IMG/VR virus record: IMGVR_UViG_3300042731_004976
Location: 32,001 to 96,000 of that record
From: a virus
Length of the DNA: 64,000 bases
Direction: 5' to 3' (one strand)
The notes beneath the pieces are model-generated. The model saw only the letters and a program-made list of their open reading frames with translations, searched no databases and was not told the origin of the DNA. The number at the start of each line of letters is the position of its first letter. The stretch's first letter is position 1. The position numbers and the translations under genes are program-made. Positions 44,518 through 53,304 of the stretch are shown here, in pieces.

Positions 44518-44936
44518 CCGCCATCGACTCCTGCGCTACGGCATAGCCGCTGAAAAACCTCCAGGGGGAGGATCATGTAGTCGTTGTGTTCTCTACCGTC
44601 CTCAGATTCGAAGGTGAATGCCAACGCTGGATCCTTCACCTGAACCTTGGCACCGTCCTCTACCTTACGTAACCACTCCTTCTTGATAGAGATCGACTTC
44701 TTGTTCGTGGTCCCCTTGTGCTCGACATGGAAGTCCATGGAGCCGATGTCGCCTCTCTTTGTGTTCTTGTCGTATGCCGAGTGCCTCCGGTTCCCCGAAC
44801 CCGAGTAGGTGCGTCCGTGCATAGCCGTAGCGACTCGTTTCTCGTTCTTTCTTGAGCGGCGCACCTTGTCGCGAGCCTCCCCATCATCCTCGAACCAACG
44901 AGGAGACGGTTTACGCGGAGGCTTCGAGTCCGACAC
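44514..44936 (-). CDS. Hjc-like PD-(D/E)xK resolvase/endonuclease
   Basis: E.RVA...G....GSG...GD......E.K.T...S.SI...WL.K. Confidence 0.7.
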   Translation of the reverse strand: MSDSKPPRKPSPRWFEDDGEARDKVRRSRKNEKRVATAMHGRTYSGSGNRRHSAYDKNTKRGDIGSMDFHVEHKGTTNKKSISIKKEWLRKVEDGAKVQVKDPALAFTFESEDGREHNDYMILPLEVFQRLCRSAGVDGG

Positions 44937-44939
44937 TGT

Positions 44940-46022
44940 TCAACCCTGAGAGGAGAGCGTTGCCATGACAGCCTTGTGCATCTTCGTGTAGAACGCTTTG
45001 TCTTCGATCAGGCGCATCTCCACGAGTGACTTTGCCTTGAACGTTTCGTCCAGAGCCGTCCACTTCGAGCCGCCTCCGGAAACCAGGCCGACCTTCTCTG
45101 CGAGCTTGACGAGAGGGCCCTCGTTGAAGATGTCTCCCACCTTACGGTTCTCCGTATCCATGAGGCACATCTTGTACTCGCCCTCCATCTTGGCGGGGGC
45201 GCTCTTGTTCTTCTCGACACGGTACTTGAATTCCGCAGTGAGAGGCATCCCTGTCAGGTCGTCCATCTCGTACTTGCCCGAACCGAGCTTGGTCTCTGTC
45301 GTGGCAGCGAATCCCGGAGCCATTCCTCCTGGTTGAGTCTCGGGAGAGCCGAACATGACACCGACCTTCATGCGGATCTGGTTCGTGAAGAACAGGGTGG
45401 GGCCCCTACCCGTTTCGTTCCGTCGTGCATTGACTGCCGATACGAACTTTCGAATACCCTTGCCCAAGATGCGTGCTTGCAGACCAACCGTCTCCTTGGA
45501 AACGCTCTCCTCGATCTCCTTGGCAGGCGTCATGAATGCGAGCGAGTCGATACACAACACGTCGCAACTATCTCGAACGACCGCTTCGGCAATGTCGAGA
45601 GTTTGCTCTGCGTATTCGGGAATGGACAAGAGCAACCGATCGAGGTTCACGCCCATCTTGGCTGCCCAGGGCAAGTCGAGCGTGCCCTCTACGTCCAGGA
45701 AAGCCACGACAGGCTCTCGTTTGGACCCACAGGTGCACTCCTCCAGGAGACTCCAACAGCTAGCACAGCGTCGTTGTGCTTGTCCGATGGCCTTGAGGAA
45801 GGTGGTGGTCTTTCCGGCGGACTTGTTTCCCCAGAGAACGTTCATGCGGCCAGCGGGAAACCCCCCACCGAGCGCGTAGTCCAGCATCATGATACCGGTG
45901 GGGATCCTCGGGACCTGCACCGCACCGAAGTCTGAGGCACGAGTGAAGATCGCATCACCCCAGTTCTTCTTCATCTTGGCAACAGCTTTGGATGCCAGCA
46001 GCTTGTCGAGGTCGTCAGCCAT
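44940..46022 (-). CDS. recA: RecA/UvsX recombinase with Zn-ribbon insertion
   Basis: IPTG...LD.ALGGG.P.GR, G.KSAGKTT, D.E, IDS, NQIR.KVG.MFG.PET.PGG, KNK. Confidence 0.93.
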   Translation of the reverse strand: MADDLDKLLASKAVAKMKKNWGDAIFTRASDFGAVQVPRIPTGIMMLDYALGGGFPAGRMNVLWGNKSAGKTTTFLKAIGQAQRRCASCWSLLEECTCGSKREPVVAFLDVEGTLDLPWAAKMGVNLDRLLLSIPEYAEQTLDIAEAVVRDSCDVLCIDSLAFMTPAKEIEESVSKETVGLQARILGKGIRKFVSAVNARRNETGRGPTLFFTNQIRMKVGVMFGSPETQPGGMAPGFAATTETKLGSGKYEMDDLTGMPLTAEFKYRVEKNKSAPAKMEGEYKMCLMDTENRKVGDIFNEGPLVKLAEKVGLVSGGGSKWTALDETFKAKSLVEMRLIEDKAFYTKMHKAVMATLSSQG

Positions 46023-46084
46023 AGGGCCCTTCCTTCTTGGAGTTTCCGTTAGACTCGATGAGTCGATCATTCCCGCACTAGCTC

Positions 46085-46471
46085 TCAGAACGGATCATCG
46101 TCGCTTCCGAAGATGCTTTCCTTCTTCGAAGGCGCCCCGCCCTTTGTTTCAAGAGCTTCTTGTTCTTTCGATATGATCTTGCCGGCCCACGAGCGCGCGT
46201 AAGCGTACGCCTCGCTGATCTCTTCTCGGTAGCACGGAACCGTGACTCCTACCGTCACACGAGCAGACTCGTAGTTGCCCATGTTCTTCGTGACTCCTAC
46301 CTCGAAGCGCACCAGCGCCGGTTCGGTCACGAACTTGTGGACCGCTAGAGGTTTTTCTTCCTCCTCGATGTCCCCCTCACCGTCCTTGTCTACGAATTGA
46401 CGGTGAACGAGAACCAACGATTCCACTACCGTGGATCCCTCGTCGAGGGAGCCATTCTCTTCGTCGCCCAT
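46085..46471 (-). CDS. Hypothetical protein
   Basis: G.TKNMGNYESARV motif. Confidence 0.6.
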   Translation of the reverse strand: MGDEENGSLDEGSTVVESLVLVHRQFVDKDGEGDIEEEEKPLAVHKFVTEPALVRFEVGVTKNMGNYESARVTVGVTVPCYREEISEAYAYARSWAGKIISKEQEALETKGGAPSKKESIFGSDDDPF

Positions 46472-46489
46472 GTCTTTCTCCGTCCGTGT

Positions 46490-47317
46490 TCAGCGGACGA
46501 GCTTCGCGCCCATCACGCCGAGCTTCTTCCAACCGTCCAGTACTTCGTCGTGGAAGGACTTCCACGCAGCCTTCCCCCGAATGTGCCCGAGGCGCTTGTC
46601 CATGGCAGCTTTCACGACGTTGATCATCTCTACTGTGTAGAGGCGGTACTTGGTCTTCGATGCGCGAAAGGGAGTTTTCGGCAACCGGCCCAGCTCTTCC
46701 ATCTGGTCGACCGTAACAACGGTGCGGCTGATGGCGCGGGCTAGCTCTCCTACACGAAAGAGGTCAACAGTCTGGGGGTTCTTCTTTCCTTTGAACAGCA
46801 CGCTGCGAGGGAAAGATCGAATCTCTGGGGTTTCCAGGGTTCTATTGGGATCTACTTTTCCCTTAGCCACGAAGAGATCGTGGATGAACGTGACCTGCTC
46901 CTCGGTGTATAGACGATCGCCCTTTGTGTTCTTGAGCGGGGTTTCCGGCAGTAGGCCCCGCTTCTCCCAGATTCGGACAGCCTGTACGGAACATCCGAGG
47001 GTCTTGGCTACCGCACCGATGGAGAACAGGCGTGACGTGGCCTCGCCCACTCCGGCTGTGACCACCTTGTAGGATTGCTTGTCTGTATCCCGCAGCTTCT
47101 GCGCCTGCCGCTCCTTGAACTTCTCCTCGCGTTCCTTCTTACGACGCTTCTCGCGACTCTCTCGGTTGGCGTCGAGGACCCTCTGTCGGTACTCGGGATC
47201 GGTCTGGTAGCGGTTACGCCGGCTCTTGTTCAGAGCCTCACCGTTTTCTTCGTACCACTCCTTGAAGTCAAATCCCTCCTGACTGTCTTGGGAGGAGCGG
47301 GAGCTGGGAGTAGCCAT
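46490..47317 (-). CDS. Protein with two tandem MerR-type HTH domains
   Basis: FSIG.VA..LG.S...VR.WE..GLLP...R.Y, repeated as F.VGELA..I......E..G.LP...R.Y. Confidence 0.8.
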   Translation of the reverse strand: MATPSSRSSQDSQEGFDFKEWYEENGEALNKSRRNRYQTDPEYRQRVLDANRESREKRRKKEREEKFKERQAQKLRDTDKQSYKVVTAGVGEATSRLFSIGAVAKTLGCSVQAVRIWEKRGLLPETPLKNTKGDRLYTEEQVTFIHDLFVAKGKVDPNRTLETPEIRSFPRSVLFKGKKNPQTVDLFRVGELARAISRTVVTVDQMEELGRLPKTPFRASKTKYRLYTVEMINVVKAAMDKRLGHIRGKAAWKSFHDEVLDGWKKLGVMGAKLVR

Positions 47318-47323
47318 ACTTGA

Positions 47324-47352
47324 GCAATACAAATAGGTTATAGAATTGTCAA
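47324..47352 (-). promoter_or_regulatory. Sigma70-type promoter
   Basis: TTGACA-N17-TATTGC. Confidence 0.7.
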
Positions 47353-48695
47353 GTTACCTTAGCGTAGAGCCGGTCCCGGGACCGGGCCGCCGCTTGGAAG
47401 GGCCTGACGTTGTCATCTCGTATATCGACGATGATGGGGTCCTTTTTGCCCTCATAGGGCCTCTGGATGCGACCTACAGCCTGTTCCACGTCGCTCATGG
47501 GGGTAGCCAAAACGAGGGTGTCCAAAGCCGGTATGTCGAGTCCCTCGGCTGCGTACTGGCTGGTGGCGAAAATCACGGTGGCTTTGGCGTCTTCTGCCAA
47601 CTCCTCCTTGGATCGCCCTCCCACATAGTAGCCTGAGGACGGCGTGGGGGTGTCCGGGTACTCTTGGAGCCACAGGGCTCTATAGTGTTTGTCGATCTCG
47701 TCCAGGTGCTGTAGGCGCTCGCTCAGGACCAGAACTTTACGCCCCGCAGCCACAGCACGAACTATCTGGTTTGCGATCACGCTGTTCCGTTGCTGAGAAG
47801 CTACGAGGAACTTGAGGATGAGGGAGCGAGGAGCCAGCTTGGGATTGAATCTCGGGGTCTTCACCAGACGGAAGGTCGACCACACCCGCTTGACCTTCAC
47901 CTTGAGTCGTTGCTCTTCGCTCGTGAAGATGACGGGCCCGATGTGTTGCAGGAAAACGTTGTCCGCCCCGTCTTTCCTCCTTGGAGTAGCGCTGACACCC
48001 AAACGCCACCTCGCCCAGAATTGAGGAGGGACCGCAGACCAGGTTTCAGCTCCTATTCGATGGCACTCGTCCGTGAGGAGTAGACCGAAGTAGTGATATA
48101 GCGCGTCCGGGTACGTCTTCTGCGCCAGAGAGTGCACCATCGCCATGACGATGTGCTTACCCTCGAAGTCGCACGTATCTTTCTGAACCAGGCCGACCTT
48201 AGCATCCGGAAGGAATTGCTCTATGCGCTCTCGCCACTGGTTCATCAAAAACTCCTTGTGAACGAGTACAAGGGTAGGAACCTTCAACTGAGAGATCGTG
48301 GCACAACTGAAGACCGTTTTGCCCCATCCGGGCTTGGCTCGAACGATACCTCCCGTGTTGTATGGGTCGGACAGCATCGTCGTTACCTGATCAAGTCCCT
48401 TTTGTTGCTCCGAACGAAGGATGCCTTTGAACTCGATGTCTCCTGGCCAAGGGGATCCTTTCGAGTAGCTCAACTCGATCTCGTGGTACGGCTTCCGTCT
48501 CGGCAGGAAGTAGCCTCTGGGAACGCCGATGTGCGTCTCAGTTTCTCGCCACAGCTCGATAGGGGCAGGAGGGTCTCCTGGGTGATCTCCGATCTTACGA
48601 GGAATCACCAAGCACTGCTCTTTGATGGCACGTAGCTGTACCACCGTCAGCTCCTCCTTCGGGAGCCAAGCGTACCTGTCTACGGTGACCTTCAA
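47349..48695 (-). CDS. SF2 DExH helicase (UvsW/XPB-like)
   Basis: PG.GKT, DECH, SATP.R, EGLDIP, Q.VGR..R. Confidence 0.92.
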   Translation of the reverse strand: MKVTVDRYAWLPKEELTVVQLRAIKEQCLVIPRKIGDHPGDPPAPIELWRETETHIGVPRGYFLPRRKPYHEIELSYSKGSPWPGDIEFKGILRSEQQKGLDQVTTMLSDPYNTGGIVRAKPGWGKTVFSCATISQLKVPTLVLVHKEFLMNQWRERIEQFLPDAKVGLVQKDTCDFEGKHIVMAMVHSLAQKTYPDALYHYFGLLLTDECHRIGAETWSAVPPQFWARWRLGVSATPRRKDGADNVFLQHIGPVIFTSEEQRLKVKVKRVWSTFRLVKTPRFNPKLAPRSLILKFLVASQQRNSVIANQIVRAVAAGRKVLVLSERLQHLDEIDKHYRALWLQEYPDTPTPSSGYYVGGRSKEELAEDAKATVIFATSQYAAEGLDIPALDTLVLATPMSDVEQAVGRIQRPYEGKKDPIIVDIRDDNVRPFQAAARSRDRLYAKVT

Positions 48696-48949
48696 GGTTG
48701 CTTGTTCTTCCTCAAAGCTGCCCGGCTCATGCTTTGCACATCGGGAGTCAGCTTCTCACTGTCTTGGAAGGCCATCTCTCGTTCGACCATCGTGGCCCAG
48801 TTAGACGGCGGTTCGTCCCCCTTGTCTTTCGCGTGCCAGGTGATGTTGACCTTGCGCCGTTCCCCCGTCTTGTCCGAAGCGCAAACCTCGATGCCAGACT
48901 TACCCAGGTAGAGAACGGACCAGATCAGTTTCATCGCACGTGTCCTCAA
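48692..48949 (-). CDS. Hypothetical protein
   Basis: 85-aa ORF coupled to the helicase. Confidence 0.5.
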   Translation of the reverse strand: MRTRAMKLIWSVLYLGKSGIEVCASDKTGERRKVNITWHAKDKGDEPPSNWATMVEREMAFQDSEKLTPDVQSMSRAALRKNKQP

Positions 48950-48998
48950 GTAGATCTAAGCCCGGAGAGCCGAAACCCTCCGGGCCCGAAAACTCCGA

Positions 48999-49811
48999 TC
49001 AGAAAGGAACGTCGTCCTCGCCACCGCTTCCGGCCGACACGTCCTTCTTCCCGTTGTCTCCGTCTTCGCTCTGCCCTGTGGCTTCCTCGCGAGTGACTCC
49101 TCCGAGAAGCTGCCGGATGAAGTCGTTCCCTCGGGGCTTCAGGATCTCCATGTAGTTGAATGGAACGACACGGCGGAGGAGCCGCCCCTCGTCGTCGAAG
49201 TCCAACTGGAAAATCTGTTTGAGCAAGTCCATCGACTGCTCGTTCTCCTCGGCCTTGTCCCAAAGCTCGGAAAGCTTCTTGCCCTTGTAGTTGGCGACGG
49301 AGAAGAGCGCGTCGTGGTCTTCGACCGGCTTGACGTACTCCCACTCGTCTCCCGTTGAGGGCTTGTTGTCGTCCTCGCGATGGACCTTGGTCTTCATCAT
49401 GACCAAGGAGCCGCGTTCATCCTTCTTACGGCGCCACTTCTTCAGCATGCCGAGCTTCGCACCGCAGAGCTTCAGCTCGTACTGGTACTTGTTGCCCTTC
49501 TTGCTGACGTACAGAGTGCAGTCGACCACGGTGAGGTAGCCGATGTAGTACCGGCTTCGTTCCCCGAGACGGACGCACGACTCGCAGGGATCTTCCACAC
49601 CCTTCATGCAGGTGTGCTCGTTCTGCCAGTTGCCGTTGATCTTGGCGTTGTGCTCGTAGATGCAGAACGCCTCGTCGTCGACTAGGACCAGATCTCGTCC
49701 AGTCCCCGGAGGAAGCCACAGTCGCTGCGGTCCCGACAGCGATTGAAGCCGCTGCTCCTCCTTGTTGATCCCATCGTATCCCTGGTTGTACCAACTGGGT
49801 GTTTCAGACAT
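48999..49811 (-). CDS. Phage ssDNA-binding protein (gp32-like)
   Basis: H...C....C..C Zn ligands; acidic tail ending EDDVPF; position in replication cluster. Confidence 0.7.
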   Translation of the reverse strand: MSETPSWYNQGYDGINKEEQRLQSLSGPQRLWLPPGTGRDLVLVDDEAFCIYEHNAKINGNWQNEHTCMKGVEDPCESCVRLGERSRYYIGYLTVVDCTLYVSKKGNKYQYELKLCGAKLGMLKKWRRKKDERGSLVMMKTKVHREDDNKPSTGDEWEYVKPVEDHDALFSVANYKGKKLSELWDKAEENEQSMDLLKQIFQLDFDDEGRLLRRVVPFNYMEILKPRGNDFIRQLLGGVTREEATGQSEDGDNGKKDVSAGSGGEDDVPF

Positions 49812-49869
49812 GTTGTCTCCTTCTTCGCCTTTACGGCACTTGATTGCCCTATCTCCGGGCAGGACGCGA

Positions 49870-49898
49870 AAGCTATCAAGAGAAGTTCAGATTGTCAA
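49870..49898 (-). promoter_or_regulatory. Sigma70-type promoter of the SSB gene
   Basis: TTGACA-N17-TAGCTT. Confidence 0.7.
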
Positions 49899-50997
49899 AG
49901 GCAAGCATCTCGTCCAACTCGTCCTGTTCGTAGTTGTCTGGATCCTTACCTGGGGTCACATCCGCAACTGCTACGGGAATGCGACCTTTCAACGTATGGG
50001 ACCAGGCTTCGGCTGCTTTGGCTCCAGCCTCGTCTCCGTCCGGTAGAATGATTACACGCTTGAAGAACTGCACGATCTTTGAGGCTTGAACAGCGCTCAT
50101 GTGACTCCCCATGATTCCACACGTGCTCGGGTAGCCCATCTGGTGCAAGTACAGAACATCGAAGTGGCCTTCCACGAGGATGCCCTCATCCGTCTTGTCC
50201 GCTAGGTGCTCTCCAAAGAGGAAGTAGTCCCTCTTGAACCCTTTCGAGTGGAGGAACTTCGGTTCCTGTTCAGGGATCCACTTTATCTCCCCGGTTTCTG
50301 GATCTTTTACCTTCTTGTCGAGAGCGCGCCCCGTGATTGCTACCAGACCTCCCTCGTGGTCTCGGACAGGAATCACTACGCGGCGTCTATGCGGTTGCCA
50401 GCCCAGTTCGAAAACCTCGATGGTGGTGGTCGTTAGCCTCCGGCGGGGACCCATCAGGTAGTCTCGTACCGCGGGAGGTATTTCAGCGAAGGGCTTTAGA
50501 TCCTTCTCGGGGAGGAGACCGTACTCCAGCGAGTCGATGGGGGGTGGTTTTGGCATCTCCAGCGAAGAGGGAGATCCCAACCAGTAAGCCGTACGGGAGA
50601 TCTTGACGGGGCTTGGGTCTTCGGCGAACTTGCTCTTGTACTCGAACTCTGCGGTACTGGGACAGTCTCCGGACACAAGACGACAGGCACGGGCGTACCA
50701 AGGAAGTGGTTTCCAGTATCGCTTGCCATCGTCTCCTTCCTTCCAAACCCCAGAGGAGCGAAAGCGAGCAAGAAGCCAGATCATGTCCCTCGCGCTGCCT
50801 GTGACGCCGCAGGAGTGACAGAACACATGGCTCTCCCCTCCTGCGTTGATGGCGATGCCGAAAGAAGGTCGACGATCACGTCCCTTACTGTGGCGCCATT
50901 GCGCAAACGGGCACGTCCCGTTCACCCAAGCAGCTGTGTGTTTCGTCCGTTCACTGCCGAGAACTGAGAACAGCCTCTCGATCTTTCCAGCGTCCAT
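49876..50997 (-). CDS. DNA primase (Zn-binding and TOPRIM domains)
   Basis: CPF...H...D..PSF...C..CG; LVEG.FD; D.D.AG; KDP. Confidence 0.92.
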   Translation of the reverse strand: MDAGKIERLFSVLGSERTKHTAAWVNGTCPFAQWRHSKGRDRRPSFGIAINAGGESHVFCHSCGVTGSARDMIWLLARFRSSGVWKEGDDGKRYWKPLPWYARACRLVSGDCPSTAEFEYKSKFAEDPSPVKISRTAYWLGSPSSLEMPKPPPIDSLEYGLLPEKDLKPFAEIPPAVRDYLMGPRRRLTTTTIEVFELGWQPHRRRVVIPVRDHEGGLVAITGRALDKKVKDPETGEIKWIPEQEPKFLHSKGFKRDYFLFGEHLADKTDEGILVEGHFDVLYLHQMGYPSTCGIMGSHMSAVQASKIVQFFKRVIILPDGDEAGAKAAEAWSHTLKGRIPVAVADVTPGKDPDNYEQDELDEMLAFDNLNFS

Positions 50998-51006
50998 AGG
51001 TTAGTC

Positions 51007-51312
51007 TCACAGAGTGTCTTCGCGGTCTACTTCGGGAGCCAGGCTTAGTCCGAGCTTATCTCCCTCCTTTCTTAGAAGTCGATCGAACGCCAACACGGCT
51101 CTGGCGGGTTTGCGCATGTGCTCCTGATTGCGCTTCCGCCCCTTGAGTGTGAGACGTATCGTCGGTCCTTTCTCAGATCCTCTCTCCAGGTACCCTTGGT
51201 TTGTCAGGGAACCCCTGGCGATCTCGAACGCGATGGGGAACTGGTGGCCCTTCTTCATGATGGCCATTGTCACATGCTTCAGCATCACGGGTATGTCCCC
51301 AGGAGCAGTCAT
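51007..51312 (-). CDS. Small basic hypothetical protein
   Basis: TGATG-coupled to the helicase. Confidence 0.55.
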   Translation of the reverse strand: MTAPGDIPVMLKHVTMAIMKKGHQFPIAFEIARGSLTNQGYLERGSEKGPTIRLTLKGRKRNQEHMRKPARAVLAFDRLLRKEGDKLGLSLAPEVDREDTL

Positions 51313-52628
51313 CAGAAAGGCAACTCCGTGTTGCTACCCCCTTCGTCTCCGATTCCGGTTCCGAACGGGTCGTCGTCGTTGTTCTCGTTGCCGCCTACCT
51401 TAGGAAGTTCGGTGAAGTTCATGACATCGAGATCCCAGTTGACCTCGAACTCCTCCCCCACACCCTCTCGAACCTTGAGGGGCTTGAAGATCATCCTCTT
51501 ATCCGCCTTCATGTCTTCTGTTTGAATGAGGCCGTAAATTAGGTCCGCGTTCCAGGCAGCGACGTCGGTCAGAGCGATGCGTTCTGCCGATACGCTGGAA
51601 GAAACGTTGGCCTTCACCTCCCTGTTGAACTGCATCGTCACTAGGTTGGGGACAGAAGTCCGCTTGCAAACGCGCTTCAGCTCGTCAAAGGCATTGGCTG
51701 CGCGCTCGATTCGATTGTGGCCGTCAACCTTGAGGAGGTAGGCACCATCTAGGATGGCCAGAACCTTGTCCTCTTCTCCTGCGTCCTCCGCGGTTGCTTC
51801 GACTGCTGCTTCGTAGCTCTCCACCTTGAAGTCGAAGTCACCACCGATGACCTTCAGACCCTCGGAGTCCATGACCTCCGCGACGCCGTCCTTGAACTTC
51901 TTCTCGTTGAAGGCGTCGAGAGTTCCCATGCGGAGATCTCGATAGGAGATGTTGAAGTGCAACGCAGCGAAGCGCATGGCAATGCGCAGCTTGCTGATCT
52001 CTGTCGTACCAAACAGTACATGACAGCCGCCGGTCCAGGCATGGTGCCCTACCTTTGCAGCCGACCATGTCTTTCCGATACCAACACGGGCTACGATAAG
52101 AGCCAAGTCCTCCGGCCAGAGACCGAGGGTCTCTGCGTTCACCGTAGGCCACGGAGTCTCGATGCCGCGCTCTCCAGACTTGATGCGCTCGTAGTACGCC
52201 TCGACATCCTTGAAGAGCTTGGGAAGTTCTTCGACCTTTCCGGATCCTCCTTGACGATGCGTCTTGCGCATGGCCCGCAACAGAGTCTCCAAGGAGTCAA
52301 GGGCCTCCTGCGGTTTCGCCTGCTCCATGAGCCCCGAGAAGTCGTCGGCCCCTTTCTTCAGATCGAGAAATAGCGCGCGGTTCAGTACCTCTTGCGCGAA
52401 GAAGGCCGCAGGCTCCTGGACAATGTCCAGCGCTATGCCGGTCTTGGCCTGGATGGTTGGTACGGAGGGAAGATCGCCGTACGTTGCGCTGTGATCGACG
52501 ATCAGCTCGAAGAGCGTCTTTCCTTGCCCGTCGAGGTGGTTGGCACTTACTCCCAGGTCTCGAACTTGGTTCAGCGCCTGCTTACCTTCGCTGATGATTG
52601 CCGATACCAGTGCCTTGTCGAGATCCAC
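51312..52628 (-). CDS. dnaB: DnaB-like replicative helicase
   Basis: AR.G.GKT, E, D..YL, QFNR, K.R.G. Confidence 0.9.
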   Translation of the reverse strand: MDLDKALVSAIISEGKQALNQVRDLGVSANHLDGQGKTLFELIVDHSATYGDLPSVPTIQAKTGIALDIVQEPAAFFAQEVLNRALFLDLKKGADDFSGLMEQAKPQEALDSLETLLRAMRKTHRQGGSGKVEELPKLFKDVEAYYERIKSGERGIETPWPTVNAETLGLWPEDLALIVARVGIGKTWSAAKVGHHAWTGGCHVLFGTTEISKLRIAMRFAALHFNISYRDLRMGTLDAFNEKKFKDGVAEVMDSEGLKVIGGDFDFKVESYEAAVEATAEDAGEEDKVLAILDGAYLLKVDGHNRIERAANAFDELKRVCKRTSVPNLVTMQFNREVKANVSSSVSAERIALTDVAAWNADLIYGLIQTEDMKADKRMIFKPLKVREGVGEEFEVNWDLDVMNFTELPKVGGNENNDDDPFGTGIGDEGGSNTELPF

Positions 52629-52671
52629 TCGCCCGCTCCCAGAACCCTCGGTTACGTTGACTGCTAATCAG

Positions 52672-53292
52672 TCACTCTATGCCGAGGACAGCTCTCTTCA
52701 ACTCTTCGCTCTGTGCCCGTCGCAAGTCCTCGCCCGTAACGGGAAGGACCACCATGCACCCTTGCACGGCTTCTAGCAAGCCCGGAAAGAACTTATCGAT
52801 TCCTCGCATATCCAACCGCGAGGTCACTATGGAAACGCGCTTACGTGTTCCCCGGCCGACCAGCAACTCTTCGATGGCTCGGCTTCCGAAGGTGTAGTCC
52901 TTCTGATCTTCTTCTCGGAGACCGTCCAGAACGAGAACATCGACTTCGCGGCATCTGTCGAGAACGCTCGTGGTTTCCTCGAACATCACCTTGGACTTCA
53001 CGCATTCCCTCAGCTCCCATACCGATGTGAAGTAGACGGTGTAGCCCCTAGATCGCGCTTCCTTGCACACGAGGGAGGCGATTCCAGTCTTACCTACTCC
53101 GGCAGGACCTGTGAGGAACATACCGGCGCCTCGATCGAGCATGATGTCCGTGTTCACGAGGTACCGATGGATCGTAGTCCGCATGGACTCCGGCACGCCT
53201 TGCACTTTCGCGGTCCAGTACTCCCGCGGCAGGTTCATGCGCTCGAAATCCGAGCGTGTGTTCGGTCGGCGTAGCCGCTGCACGTTATTCAT
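52672..53292 (-). CDS. DnaC/IstB-like helicase loader ATPase
   Basis: G..G.GKT, VLVLD.L, V.G.D.R; adjacent to the initiator. Confidence 0.85.
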   Translation of the reverse strand: MNNVQRLRRPNTRSDFERMNLPREYWTAKVQGVPESMRTTIHRYLVNTDIMLDRGAGMFLTGPAGVGKTGIASLVCKEARSRGYTVYFTSVWELRECVKSKVMFEETTSVLDRCREVDVLVLDGLREEDQKDYTFGSRAIEELLVGRGTRKRVSIVTSRLDMRGIDKFFPGLLEAVQGCMVVLPVTGEDLRRAQSEELKRAVLGIE

Positions 53293-53304
53293 TGCTTCTG
53301 GTCG

